From Sumerlaeia bacterium (GTDB lineage Bacteria > Sumerlaeota > Sumerlaeia > SLMS01 > JAHLLQ01), in contig JAVJSW010000011.1 in the NCBI GenBank assembly GCA_040219255.1, forward strand, positions 1 through 64,000: DNA of 64,000 nucleotides. The letters are read 5' to 3'. The notes under the pieces were generated by a model. It saw only the letters and a program-made list of their open reading frames with translations. It was not told where the DNA came from and made no database searches. The translations under genes and the position numbers were made by a program. How positions within the stretch are numbered: the stretch's first letter is position 1; the number at the start of each line of letters is the position of its first letter. Shown in pieces: positions 27,033-36,284 of the stretch.

Positions 27033-28082
27033 ATGCGTGAATCCTTGCGACCGGCCACCGCCGTCAGGGCCATCGCCACGAGCCTGGCCTTGTCCGCTGC
27101 GGCTTTTGCCGTGGCGCAAGAACCGGCCTCGTTGGGTTTTGATGTCCTCCTGGTCTCCACCCTGCCATCGCCTCAGCAACAGGATTTGGCGCAGGCGCTG
27201 AAGGATGGGTTGCGGGAGCGGGCCCATGGCGAACTGCTGGAACTCCAGACCTTTGGCGATCCCGCCGCTCTGGCCGCTCACCTCGAATCCAAGGCGTCGG
27301 AAACGAAGCGTCCCTTCGCCGTCGTTTCCGTGGACGCCGTGGCCGCCCAGCAGTGGCACGAAGCGGCTCCGCGGGAAGGCGCACCGCCCCACTTCGCCGT
27401 GGTCGCGAACGAAGACTTGCTCGGATCGGGCCATGGCGAGGAAGGTTCGCTCTGGTGGCGGCTCGATACCTCCACGGTTGTCGTGGAAACCACGCCTTCG
27501 GCGGCACCTCTGGTCGATTTTCTGCGGGCGGAATGGGGAGAGGATTTTCCCGCCGTGGGCTTCGTCTTCACCCACGATTTTCCTCCCGCGTTGACTTTTC
27601 AGGACGCTCTGGAGGCCGCCATGCCGGGCATGGTTCATTCCGCAACGGATGGCGGCGAAGGCCGCCTGATGCGGTGCCTGCTGGACCCGGGAGCCTGCCG
27701 GAACCTCAACGATGTGAAGTTCGCGCTGCGCAAGGAATTGAGCGCCATGGCGCCGGGCAGTCTGCTGGTCGTCTATCCCGACGCCAACACCACCAAGTTC
27801 TCCTTCGCCTTCAAGCAGTTCGCCGAAAGCCATGGCTACGGGCTCGTGTCGCTGGGCGATTTTCAGACGGGAGGGGAGGTTCTCGAAGTGAAGTATGATC
27901 CCTCCGCCCTCTCGGCGGCAATCCTTGAGAGTTCAAGGGCCTACCTGGAGACCACGCCGCTGGAACCTTTGACCTTTGAAAAACCGGCGGTGGCGATTCG
28001 CCACGACCCAGAGAAGTGGGCCAGTCTGGCTCGCTCCTCCGAAACGACGGAGCCGCCGAAGGTTTCCCAGACGGCGAATTGA
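27033..28082 (+). CDS. secreted hypothetical protein, possibly periplasmic-binding-protein fold
   Basis: Signal peptide ending AFAVA; alternating alpha/beta pattern; upstream AGGAG. Confidence 0.55.
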   Translation: MRESLRPATAVRAIATSLALSAAAFAVAQEPASLGFDVLLVSTLPSPQQQDLAQALKDGLRERAHGELLELQTFGDPAALAAHLESKASETKRPFAVVSVDAVAAQQWHEAAPREGAPPHFAVVANEDLLGSGHGEEGSLWWRLDTSTVVVETTPSAAPLVDFLRAEWGEDFPAVGFVFTHDFPPALTFQDALEAAMPGMVHSATDGGEGRLMRCLLDPGACRNLNDVKFALRKELSAMAPGSLLVVYPDANTTKFSFAFKQFAESHGYGLVSLGDFQTGGEVLEVKYDPSALSAAILESSRAYLETTPLEPLTFEKPAVAIRHDPEKWASLARSSETTEPPKVSQTAN

Positions 28083-28089
28083 AAAGGAC

Positions 28090-28617
28090 TTACGGCCTGC
28101 TCTCGTAGTGGAAGTCGATTTCGGTCAAGCCCGTGCGGGGCGGGACCCGGAGTTCCGCTTCCCGTCCGCCGCGGCCAGTCAGCACGATCACGCCTCCGTC
28201 AATCCGCCCGTCGGAAAAGAGCCAAACGCGATTCGGATCTCCGCCCCGCGCGGCGTCAAATTGCACGATGCCGATTTCCACGCCTCGGCTGAGGCGGACG
28301 GGCAACCCGAGATCGTCCGCCAGCGGCTCCGTCGAGACCGCTCCCGCACCGGACCGGTCGCTGGTTTCGGGGGCTTCCAGATGGTACCCCTGGCGATCTT
28401 CATGGATGAGGAGGCAGACGTCGCGCCCTTCGGAACGGGCCCTCGTGTGGCCCTCGAAAAGGGTGGCGGCCATCAGTTTGGCGTCCCGTTCGAGCGCCAT
28501 GTCGTCGTAGGCTGCGGAATAGTTCGTCACCACGGCCACGAGCAGGACGGTCAGGATGAGGGTCACGAGGATGATTTCGACGAGGGTGAAGCCGCGCTTC
28601 GTTCTTCTTTTCGTCAT
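28090..28617 (-). CDS. minor pseudopilin, GspH/FimT-like
   Basis: MTKRRTKRG|FTLVEIILV; C-terminal VWLFSDGRIDGG is typical of GspH. Confidence 0.85.
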   Translation of the reverse strand: MTKRRTKRGFTLVEIILVTLILTVLLVAVVTNYSAAYDDMALERDAKLMAATLFEGHTRARSEGRDVCLLIHEDRQGYHLEAPETSDRSGAGAVSTEPLADDLGLPVRLSRGVEIGIVQFDAARGGDPNRVWLFSDGRIDGGVIVLTGRGGREAELRVPPRTGLTEIDFHYESRP

Positions 28618-28795
28618 AGCCGTTGCCCCCCCCACCCCGGTGGCTTCCGCCGGTTGGCTTGAATGGGCCGCGCCGCGCAGGCCGGGGGTCCAAATTTGCC
28701 TTGGGTCTCTCTCGCGGCAATTGCAAAGATGAATAAACTCGTGAATCACACCCCGCCGGGTATAGACGTTGCCTTTTCGCGACAGGGAGCCATCG

Positions 28796-30151
28796 GTGTC
28801 GAAACCGCATTTTACCGCCATAGCAGCATCGTTCGCCTTGCTCGCCGGTCTTCCATCCGGCGCGGTGGGCCGCCCGCCGTCTCTTGAGGAGGCGCACGCC
28901 TTGACCGGGCTCCAGGGCGAAATGGAAAACTGGCCGGCGCCGGAGCCCGGGGCTGCGGAGGCCTTGGCCGAGATGACGGGCGAATTCGACGGTCGCGAAG
29001 CCTTGGCGGCTCTCAACGGCGCACGATTGCTTTACCGAGAGAGCCTCTCGGTTGAGGAATTGCGTATCGCGCGCACGCCGGTCCTCCTCCTGCCCACAGA
29101 GGGATCGCCTACCGCCTGGCATCCCGATCAATCTGATCCCGATACGATGGACCATTGGAGCGGAGAGGCCTTCGTTCTGCTGCCACCGATCACGGAAAAT
29201 GGGCCAGCGCAGCCGGTCTTCCATTTGGCGAGCGGCAAAGTGGATTTGGGAACCGTGCCCGACGATCGAACAGCCTCCGCGGTTTTCGCGTTTCGAAACG
29301 ACGGAGACGCCGACTTGCGCATCCTCAACACCCAAACCTCCTGCGGCTATTGCACGGTGGCCGACGTCGAACTCCCACTCATTCCCCCCGGCGCAACCGG
29401 CAGCCTGCAGGCCAGCATCCGAACCTCAGGCAATCGGGGAGCGGCGAACTATTCCATCACCGTCAAGACCAACGACCCCGACAATCCCCTTGCCGTTCTC
29501 GAAATCACGGGCGTCGTTTCGCCCCCGCTCAGTTGGCAGCCCAGATCCCTCAACCTAGGCTTCCTGACCGGTGAGCAGGCCGCGCTCGGACCGCCGCCGC
29601 AGCGGGTCGTGCTGAGCCTTGCCTACGATCGTCCATTGATCGTCGAGGTGGCCAATCCAGAGGAAAGCCTGCTGATCCTGGAGGAGGTGGGGCGTCGCGA
29701 ACAGGCGGGCCAGGGCGTCTGGGACTTGCCACTCACCTTTCGCCTCAAACCGGACCTGAGCCCCGGCAAGCATGTGGTACACACCGAGTTGACAACAAAC
29801 TGGCCGGAATACGAGCGCGTCAGCCTTCCCGTGCGCGTCGAAAAGGCCGCCTCGCTCTATCCCGTACCCGAGGAACTATTCTTTGGCCTGGTTCGCGAGC
29901 GCGGAATCGTAAGCCGGACGCTGGTTCTGACCGGAAGCGGGCATCCCAGACTCCTGAGTTGGAAGAGCGGCGTGAATGGACTGAGTGTGGAAGCGGGCGA
30001 ACCGACGGACGAAGGGTTGACGCTGAAGGTCTCTCTGGATGTGGAGCGGGCGGGCAGCGGGGTGATTCGCGGGGAGCTGGAACTTTCTGTCGATCACGGT
30101 GGGACCAGGGAGCTTCGGGTCCCGGTGACCGGTTTGCTCAAGGTGGAATAA
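28796..30151 (+). CDS. DUF1573 (Ig-like) domain protein
   Basis: DLGTV...FRNDGDADLRI..TSCGYCT...IPPG...ITVKTNDP followed by further Ig-like repeats; signal peptide; GTG start after AGGGAG. Confidence 0.8.
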   Translation: MSKPHFTAIAASFALLAGLPSGAVGRPPSLEEAHALTGLQGEMENWPAPEPGAAEALAEMTGEFDGREALAALNGARLLYRESLSVEELRIARTPVLLLPTEGSPTAWHPDQSDPDTMDHWSGEAFVLLPPITENGPAQPVFHLASGKVDLGTVPDDRTASAVFAFRNDGDADLRILNTQTSCGYCTVADVELPLIPPGATGSLQASIRTSGNRGAANYSITVKTNDPDNPLAVLEITGVVSPPLSWQPRSLNLGFLTGEQAALGPPPQRVVLSLAYDRPLIVEVANPEESLLILEEVGRREQAGQGVWDLPLTFRLKPDLSPGKHVVHTELTTNWPEYERVSLPVRVEKAASLYPVPEELFFGLVRERGIVSRTLVLTGSGHPRLLSWKSGVNGLSVEAGEPTDEGLTLKVSLDVERAGSGVIRGELELSVDHGGTRELRVPVTGLLKVE

Positions 30152-30259
30152 GTGGCAGATTTCTGAGCTTTATCAAATCTCGAAATAAGGCTTTACCTGG
30201 GTTGCGGAACCCACTATTCGGAACGGCGAAAAAAGAGGCGGGCGCGACCCGGTATCATC

Positions 30260-30721
30260 ATGAGGAAAGTCAAGATGCGCAAGTTTGGATCGAAGAGTTT
30301 TCCGCCGGGGATGTCACGGCGCGGTTTCACGCTGATGGAAATCATGCTGGTGGTGATTATCATCGGGATTCTGGCCGCCGTCGTGGTGACGAATTTTTCC
30401 GGCATGTCGACCGACGCCCGTCTGGCGCGGGCTCAGGCGGACCTCGGACAATTGAGGACGCAGCTCTCTCTCTTCGAGCAGCGCTACGGGCGCTATCCCA
30501 CCTTGGAAGACGGCGGGTTGATGGCTCTGCTCGAACGACCTTCCTCCATTCCCGAAGACGAATGGCGCCGCTTCGGCGAAACCGAACCCATCGATCCCTG
30601 GGGCAATCCCTACGTCTACCTGACCGAGTCGGCGCGCCTCGACACTGATCGCCCCTTCAACCTGTACAGCATGGGACCGAACAAAGAAGATAACGCCATG
30701 CAGGAAGACGACGTGAAGTGA
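30260..30721 (+). CDS. gspG: type II secretion major pseudopilin G
   Basis: RRG|FTLMEIMLVVIIIGILAAVV, GRYPT..GL.AL, DPWGNPYVY, LYSMGPN..DD. Confidence 0.93.
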   Translation: MRKVKMRKFGSKSFPPGMSRRGFTLMEIMLVVIIIGILAAVVVTNFSGMSTDARLARAQADLGQLRTQLSLFEQRYGRYPTLEDGGLMALLERPSSIPEDEWRRFGETEPIDPWGNPYVYLTESARLDTDRPFNLYSMGPNKEDNAMQEDDVK

Positions 30722-31797
30722 GACCGGGACCCTGCCGCTCGGGTGATCAGTGGGTAAAGGGCTTTGTCTTGCCGGCGGTTTTGTGGACGATCCTGATTCT
30801 GGCGCTCGTGGCTTCCTATCAGCTCCGGGACGCCCAGATGGCCCTTTCCCACCTGCGGAACGCCAGCGAGGCCGAGCGCATGCGCGATGCCGCCACCAGC
30901 GCCATGGAAGCGGTGCTCGGCGGTCTCGCGGAAAACGCGAACGCCGAAGCCGATGGCGAGGTGGAAGGCTGGGGATGGGGAACCCTGACGGCGCAAGGCC
31001 TTGCGGAACGGGTGGCGGAGGATTTCCCCGATCTGCTCATTCATGTCCGGGTTCAAGCCGAAGACAGCAAAGTCGCCATTTCCGACCGCGAGGGCGCCGC
31101 CCGGCTCCTCGAATCGTTGGGCATGACCCGCTTGCAGGCGCAGGACAATGCGGAGCGGCTGGCTGACTACGCCGAGAAATCGGTCCCGGAAGCGGAGGAG
31201 GAATTCCCGCAGCAATGGCGCCTCATGGCCTCCCTTCCCTCCCTTCGCCTCTTCGACATTCACGGGCGCGATTTGAACTGGAATGGAACGGTGGAGGACT
31301 GGGAGGCATACCGCTGGGCGGAGAGGGAAGGCACGGGCCAACCCTCGCCCTTCGAGGCGATCCTCGCGAAGGCGCCGGGCGGCCTGGCCGAGCACCTGAC
31401 CCTGATGACCGAATCCGGCGGGGACGAAGGGGCCGCCTTGCCCAATCCGAATCTGGCGTCGGCACAGCGGCTGGCTCTGGTGCCCGGATTGAACGAAACC
31501 GCGGGGGAGCAGATTCTGACCCTCCGCCGCGGTGCCGACGGCATCCAGGGAACGGAGGACGACGTGCTGCTGGAAAAAGCGGAGGACCTCGGTTCGATTT
31601 CCGCCATCTCCGGATTTCGGGAAGTCGGCCTCGATCGCGTCGCGGCCAACGTGAGTTTTACCAGCGATCTCTACCGCATCGGCGTCTGCGTCGAAGTTCC
31701 CCGGACTCACCGCCTTTACCGAATCGAAGCGTTGGCGCGCCGGGTCGATGAAGCCGGAGTCCGAGTCGAATACTGGATGGAGGACCGGGGCCTGTGA
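30718..31797 (+). CDS. gspK: type II secretion minor pseudopilin K
   Basis: KG|FVLPAVLW without Glu5 (GspK hallmark), EDSKV, HhH-like NLASAQRLALVPGL. Confidence 0.8.
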   Translation: MRPGPCRSGDQWVKGFVLPAVLWTILILALVASYQLRDAQMALSHLRNASEAERMRDAATSAMEAVLGGLAENANAEADGEVEGWGWGTLTAQGLAERVAEDFPDLLIHVRVQAEDSKVAISDREGAARLLESLGMTRLQAQDNAERLADYAEKSVPEAEEEFPQQWRLMASLPSLRLFDIHGRDLNWNGTVEDWEAYRWAEREGTGQPSPFEAILAKAPGGLAEHLTLMTESGGDEGAALPNPNLASAQRLALVPGLNETAGEQILTLRRGADGIQGTEDDVLLEKAEDLGSISAISGFREVGLDRVAANVSFTSDLYRIGVCVEVPRTHRLYRIEALARRVDEAGVRVEYWMEDRGL

Positions 31798-33221
31798 TCG
31801 TTTTCGCTCGGGATGCGGGGGCGGAGGGCTGGCGGGCGCTGGCCCTGCGCGAACGCCGCGGACAATGGCAGGTCGCGCTCTCCGCCACGGGATCGAACGC
31901 GGAGGAGCTGGCGAAGTTTTCAGCGGGCGCCGCGGCGGCCTTGGGTTCGGAGGCGGCTTCCCGCGTTGTCCTGTTGCTCCGGCGCAGCGACTATTCGGTG
32001 CTGCGCCTCATCCTTCCCCAAGCGACTGGCGATGAAGTGCGGGCCATGCTGGCCTATCGCCTCGGGTCGATGCTGCCGCTCGATTTGGAAGACTCGGCTT
32101 GGATGTGGGAGCGGGCGCCGGAGGCCGATGGCCCCCTTGCGCCCCCCGCGCCGACTCAAGTTGTGGATGTCGCGTGGACGTCGCTGAAGCGGGTGGAAAG
32201 CCAAGTCGCGTTCTGCCGTCAGGCGGGGCTGGATGTTCGCGCCGTCCTGCCCACGCTTCTTGTGGTGCGCGCAGGGCTTGCTCAGCCGGAAGAAGAGCAC
32301 CGTCTCTTGCTGTTGGATGGCCGCAACGCGGAGTGGCTGGAATGGGCGCAATCCGTGGCGGTCCCTGCGCCAGACGGCCAAAGCGCTTCCCCAGGTATGC
32401 TGCCTCCCCCGGCCGGGCGTGCTCGTCCTCAATCCGAAGTCGCTAAAATTTTGACGGAAACGAGGGATGAGGAAGGCGGGCCAATCGAGGTTTGGCCCGT
32501 CGCGGAGGAGCGTCTTGTCGATGGAGCGAGAGCCGGCCACGGGCCCGCGCGGCCGGTGCCATGGTCCGAAGCCGTGCGGAACGCGTTCCCCGGCTTGACG
32601 CAGGCGGGCAGCGAGGATGCCGCGGATTTGCCACTCGCACTGGCGGGGTGGCGGTGGGCCGAAACCCCCACCGCCGGCATGCTCCCCGCCGCCCTGGTTT
32701 CCAATCGGCAGTCGGAAAGCCGCCAACGTCTCCTGATCCAGGTCGCCATCCTGGCCTTGCTGCTGCTGTTGCTTGTCGCGGGAAACGGGGCCGTCTATCG
32801 GAAATCGCTGGAAAGGCAGCGAGACGACAGCCAAACGCAGATCGCCCGCCTGAGCGGACGCGCCAAATCCGTCGAGGCGGTTCGCGAGCGCATCGAAGCC
32901 ATCAATGAGCAACTCGAATACGAAATCCCTCCCCTCGAAGTCTTGGCGGCTCTGCAGGAAACCTTGCGCGCCAACGATCGCGAACTCGAAGGTTTGTTCC
33001 TCGACAGTCTGAACTGGGAAGAGGGCGGTCAGACCGTCATCGAAGGCCATTCCCTCAACGACATCACCCCCTGGCGATTCGCGGAAGCGCTCAACGCCAA
33101 AGGAACCCTGCGCGTCGTCGGCAGCCCCCGCCTCCAATTCCGTCAATATGGCGATACCCGCTCCATTCGCTTCACGATGACCTTGCTCCCGGCCAAGGCA
33201 AGGAGCCAGCAAACGCCATGA
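31794..33221 (+). CDS. GspL-like (PilM/PilN-type) assembly platform protein
   Basis: Cytoplasmic N-domain (LILP..EVRAML..LPLDLED), one TM, coiled coil, PilN-like C-terminus; located between K and M. Confidence 0.7.
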   Translation: MIVFARDAGAEGWRALALRERRGQWQVALSATGSNAEELAKFSAGAAAALGSEAASRVVLLLRRSDYSVLRLILPQATGDEVRAMLAYRLGSMLPLDLEDSAWMWERAPEADGPLAPPAPTQVVDVAWTSLKRVESQVAFCRQAGLDVRAVLPTLLVVRAGLAQPEEEHRLLLLDGRNAEWLEWAQSVAVPAPDGQSASPGMLPPPAGRARPQSEVAKILTETRDEEGGPIEVWPVAEERLVDGARAGHGPARPVPWSEAVRNAFPGLTQAGSEDAADLPLALAGWRWAETPTAGMLPAALVSNRQSESRQRLLIQVAILALLLLLLVAGNGAVYRKSLERQRDDSQTQIARLSGRAKSVEAVRERIEAINEQLEYEIPPLEVLAALQETLRANDRELEGLFLDSLNWEEGGQTVIEGHSLNDITPWRFAEALNAKGTLRVVGSPRLQFRQYGDTRSIRFTMTLLPAKARSQQTP

Positions 33222-33748
33222 ACGTGAACAAACGGGAGCGGATTCTTCTCCTGGCGACGGTCGCGATCGCCGTCCTCGCCGGATTCCAGATGCTGGTGCT
33301 TCGTCCCCTGATGGGCGACAGCAAAGGCGCGCGGGTGCGCACCGCCCTTTCCGTCCGCGAGTCCGCGCGTCTGCGGGCTGTCACCGATCAGGCGGCCGCA
33401 TACGAAAAAGCCTTCGCCGATATCCGAGAGCGGGTGACGACCTCCGACTCCGTACAACGCGAAATCATCACCATGCTCCTGGCGATCGAATCTCTGGCGG
33501 AGGACTCGGGCGTGGAGATTCTCGAGAACAGCCACTTGAAGGACGAATCGCTCGAATACTTCGACCGTCACACGGTCCGCTTCCGCGGGGCAGGCGACAC
33601 GGAGCAACTCACGCGGTTCCTCCACGCCGTGCAGAATTCCGAGCTTCTGTTCAAGATTCGGACGATGAAGCTGAGGATGAAAAACAATCGCCTGGAATCG
33701 GAACTGGAAATCGTACGCCTCGGTATCCGTGACGAGGTGGAGCCATGA
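33218..33748 (+). CDS. GspM/PilO-like protein
   Basis: NKRERILL + TM + coiled coil + GDTEQLTRFLHAV. Confidence 0.75.
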   Translation: MNVNKRERILLLATVAIAVLAGFQMLVLRPLMGDSKGARVRTALSVRESARLRAVTDQAAAYEKAFADIRERVTTSDSVQREIITMLLAIESLAEDSGVEILENSHLKDESLEYFDRHTVRFRGAGDTEQLTRFLHAVQNSELLFKIRTMKLRMKNNRLESELEIVRLGIRDEVEP

Positions 33749-34203
33749 CGACCTCCGCCGATGCGGCCCTCAAGAGAACCAGGGTCATTCTGATACTGCT
33801 GTGCCTTGCGGCGTTGGGTTGGATGGTCTATGCCCTGACAGCCGAACCCTATCGCATTCGCGCCGGATCGGCGCCATACCCTCCGCCACCCGATGTTTCG
33901 AAACGCTATGTGCCCAAGGCCTTGAACGAATATGCCGCCCCCCTGCGGCAGCGCGAGATGTTCCGTCAGAGCTTGCTCTACGAAACCCGCCGGACCGAGG
34001 TGGTGAACGTTCTGGGCAGTTTTCAGTTCCTGGGCGTCAGCGGCAAAGGGCCGGCGGCGAAAGCCTTTATTTACAACAAGGAGTCAGGCCAATCCGCTCT
34101 CTATGGTGTCGGAGAATTGCTCGGCGATTTGACCGTCGAAGCCGTTCGGGACGACCGTGTCGTCTTCAGCCACCAGGGAGAGAGGCTTGAGCTTGTGCCA
34201 TGA
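33745..34203 (+). CDS. GspC/PilP-like protein
   Basis: N-terminal TM, Pro-rich linker, FLGV..AFI..VGE..V.AVRDDRVV HR-like domain; directly precedes the secretin. Confidence 0.65.
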   Translation: MTTSADAALKRTRVILILLCLAALGWMVYALTAEPYRIRAGSAPYPPPPDVSKRYVPKALNEYAAPLRQREMFRQSLLYETRRTEVVNVLGSFQFLGVSGKGPAAKAFIYNKESGQSALYGVGELLGDLTVEAVRDDRVVFSHQGERLELVP

Positions 34204-36284
34204 GAACAGCCTTCTCTCTTCCTAGCCCCTTTTCGTTCCAGCGGAGGATCCAGCCATTGATGACCGGTTTCCTGCTGGCCTTCCTTTTCCTCTCGCTGCC
34301 GCCGATCCCCGCTCAGGAACCCGTTCCCTGGCGTTCCACCGGCTCCCAATCGTCCACCGCTGGAAACGGCGGCGCGGCCGTCTCTGGAGAAGAATTGCTC
34401 GACCTGCGCGTTCCCGACCTGCCCTTGCAAACAGTTCTGGGCATGTTGGCGAACGCGAGCCCCAAGACCCTGATCCTCGGCGATGGGGTGAAGCAGACGA
34501 AGGTGACCGCGTTCTTCGAGAATGTGACCTTCCGCCAGGCCCTGGACTCTTTGGCGTCGGCCTACCAGCTCGAAATCGTCGAAACCGATTCCGCCATTCT
34601 TCTTCTCTCGCGCCGCGACTACATGAATCAATACGCCGAGACGCGCGTCGTCACGGTCGAGAACGCCAGCCCGGAAGCCCTCGCCGAATCGCTCAACAAG
34701 ACCGTCACCTCTCCCGACGAACTGATCCGCATCACGGCAGACCCGAGAGCCCGGGCTCTGATTCTGCGCGGGACCCCGGAGCGCATCGCCCACTACGAGG
34801 CTCTGGCGAGCCAACTGGACTCGGACCTGGAGACGCGCGTGATTCAGGTCCGTTTCGGTTCGGCCGAATCCATCGCCAAGGATTTGCGCGAAGTCCTTCT
34901 CCTCTCGGCCAATAGCCTCGGCGGAATCGTCGTGGACGATCGCAGCAACCGGATCATCGTCACCGAGAAGGCCAACAAAATGAGCCGGGCCCTGGACTTC
35001 ATTCGCGAAGTGGACGTCCCCGTGGAAACCCGCGTGTTCAGCACCGGCCGGGTCGATCCTCAGCAACTCGCCGAACGCATCCAGCGCGGGGAACTGGGAG
35101 CGCCAGCCGCCGAAGGGGGCGCCCGTGGCCGCACCACGACCAATGTCCAGGTGGTCGAAGGAGCGAATCAGATCATCGTGACCGACACGCCGGAACGGCT
35201 CGACAATCTCGCCAAAGTCATGAACGAAATTCAGGGAAACCTGACGTCGCGCGTCTTTTCTCCGATGAACTCCCTCGCCGGCGAAAATGCCTCCATCGTC
35301 ACCGATGCCTTTCCTCAGGTCCTGGCGAGCGTCGACTCACGCACCAATTCGCTGATCCTGACCGGTGAGCGCCAGCAGGTCGACATGGCCTACGCGCTGC
35401 TCCAGGAGCGCGACCAAGTCACCAATATCCAGGTCGAAATCGAAGCGAAAATCCTGCTGGTGGCGACCCGCAAAATCCAGGACATCGGATGGCGCATCTA
35501 CGGAAGCGACTTCAACGGTCTGGACGAGACTTTCGTGGATGGGACCATCAATCCCAATTTCCCGGCGGATGGCCCCAAGCCCATCGGCAGCGTCCTCGGC
35601 AATCCTCCCGGCGGTCCCATCGACAACCCGATCAAGACGACGAACAACTACCTGGAGGTGATCCAGCCGAACGTCCAGGCCAACGCCGTCATCCGGGCGC
35701 TGGAGGAGGACCGCGACACCGAGCTGCTTTCCAATCCCACCATCCGTATGCTGGTGGGCAATACCTCGGAGATTTTCTCCGGTTCCCGCGAACCTTACCG
35801 CGAGACCACCCTGCAAAACGAAGTCGCTATCGAGAACGTTCAGTTCATCGATGTCGGCGTTACTTTTGAAGTCACACCCACCGTCAATTCGGAAAACCTG
35901 CTGACCTTGGACGTTCGCACCGAATTCAGCAATCTGGCCGAAGTGCGCGACGGAATTCCCGTGGTGGAAACCCGCCGCGCCAACTCGATCGTCGAAGTCG
36001 AAGACGGCGAAACGATCTTCCTCGGCGGATTGATTACCCGCGATAAGCAAAACACTGACTCCGGACTTCCCTTCATCAAGCGCGTGCCCATCATCGGTAA
36101 CCTCTTCAAGGAGAAGCGTCAACGCGACGACACCCGCGAACTGGTGATCATTCTCCGTCCTCGAATTCAACAAACCCGAAAAGACGCCGATGACTTGCCG
36201 GAAGATTACTTTCTGGCTCCACCGGCCCTCGAACGCGACGTCCGCGAGCGCGAAGAACGGGCGGGAAAGCGGTTGGAGCAGTGA
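34200..36284 (+). CDS. gspD: secretin (GspD/PilQ family)
   Basis: Repeated N domains (VDDRSNRIIV, VDSRTNSLIL), QVEIEAKI, DVGVTFEVTP, DGETIFLGGL, GLPFIKRVPIIGNLF, ELVIILRPRI. Confidence 0.93.
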   Translation: MRTAFSLPSPFSFQRRIQPLMTGFLLAFLFLSLPPIPAQEPVPWRSTGSQSSTAGNGGAAVSGEELLDLRVPDLPLQTVLGMLANASPKTLILGDGVKQTKVTAFFENVTFRQALDSLASAYQLEIVETDSAILLLSRRDYMNQYAETRVVTVENASPEALAESLNKTVTSPDELIRITADPRARALILRGTPERIAHYEALASQLDSDLETRVIQVRFGSAESIAKDLREVLLLSANSLGGIVVDDRSNRIIVTEKANKMSRALDFIREVDVPVETRVFSTGRVDPQQLAERIQRGELGAPAAEGGARGRTTTNVQVVEGANQIIVTDTPERLDNLAKVMNEIQGNLTSRVFSPMNSLAGENASIVTDAFPQVLASVDSRTNSLILTGERQQVDMAYALLQERDQVTNIQVEIEAKILLVATRKIQDIGWRIYGSDFNGLDETFVDGTINPNFPADGPKPIGSVLGNPPGGPIDNPIKTTNNYLEVIQPNVQANAVIRALEEDRDTELLSNPTIRMLVGNTSEIFSGSREPYRETTLQNEVAIENVQFIDVGVTFEVTPTVNSENLLTLDVRTEFSNLAEVRDGIPVVETRRANSIVEVEDGETIFLGGLITRDKQNTDSGLPFIKRVPIIGNLFKEKRQRDDTRELVIILRPRIQQTRKDADDLPEDYFLAPPALERDVREREERAGKRLEQ

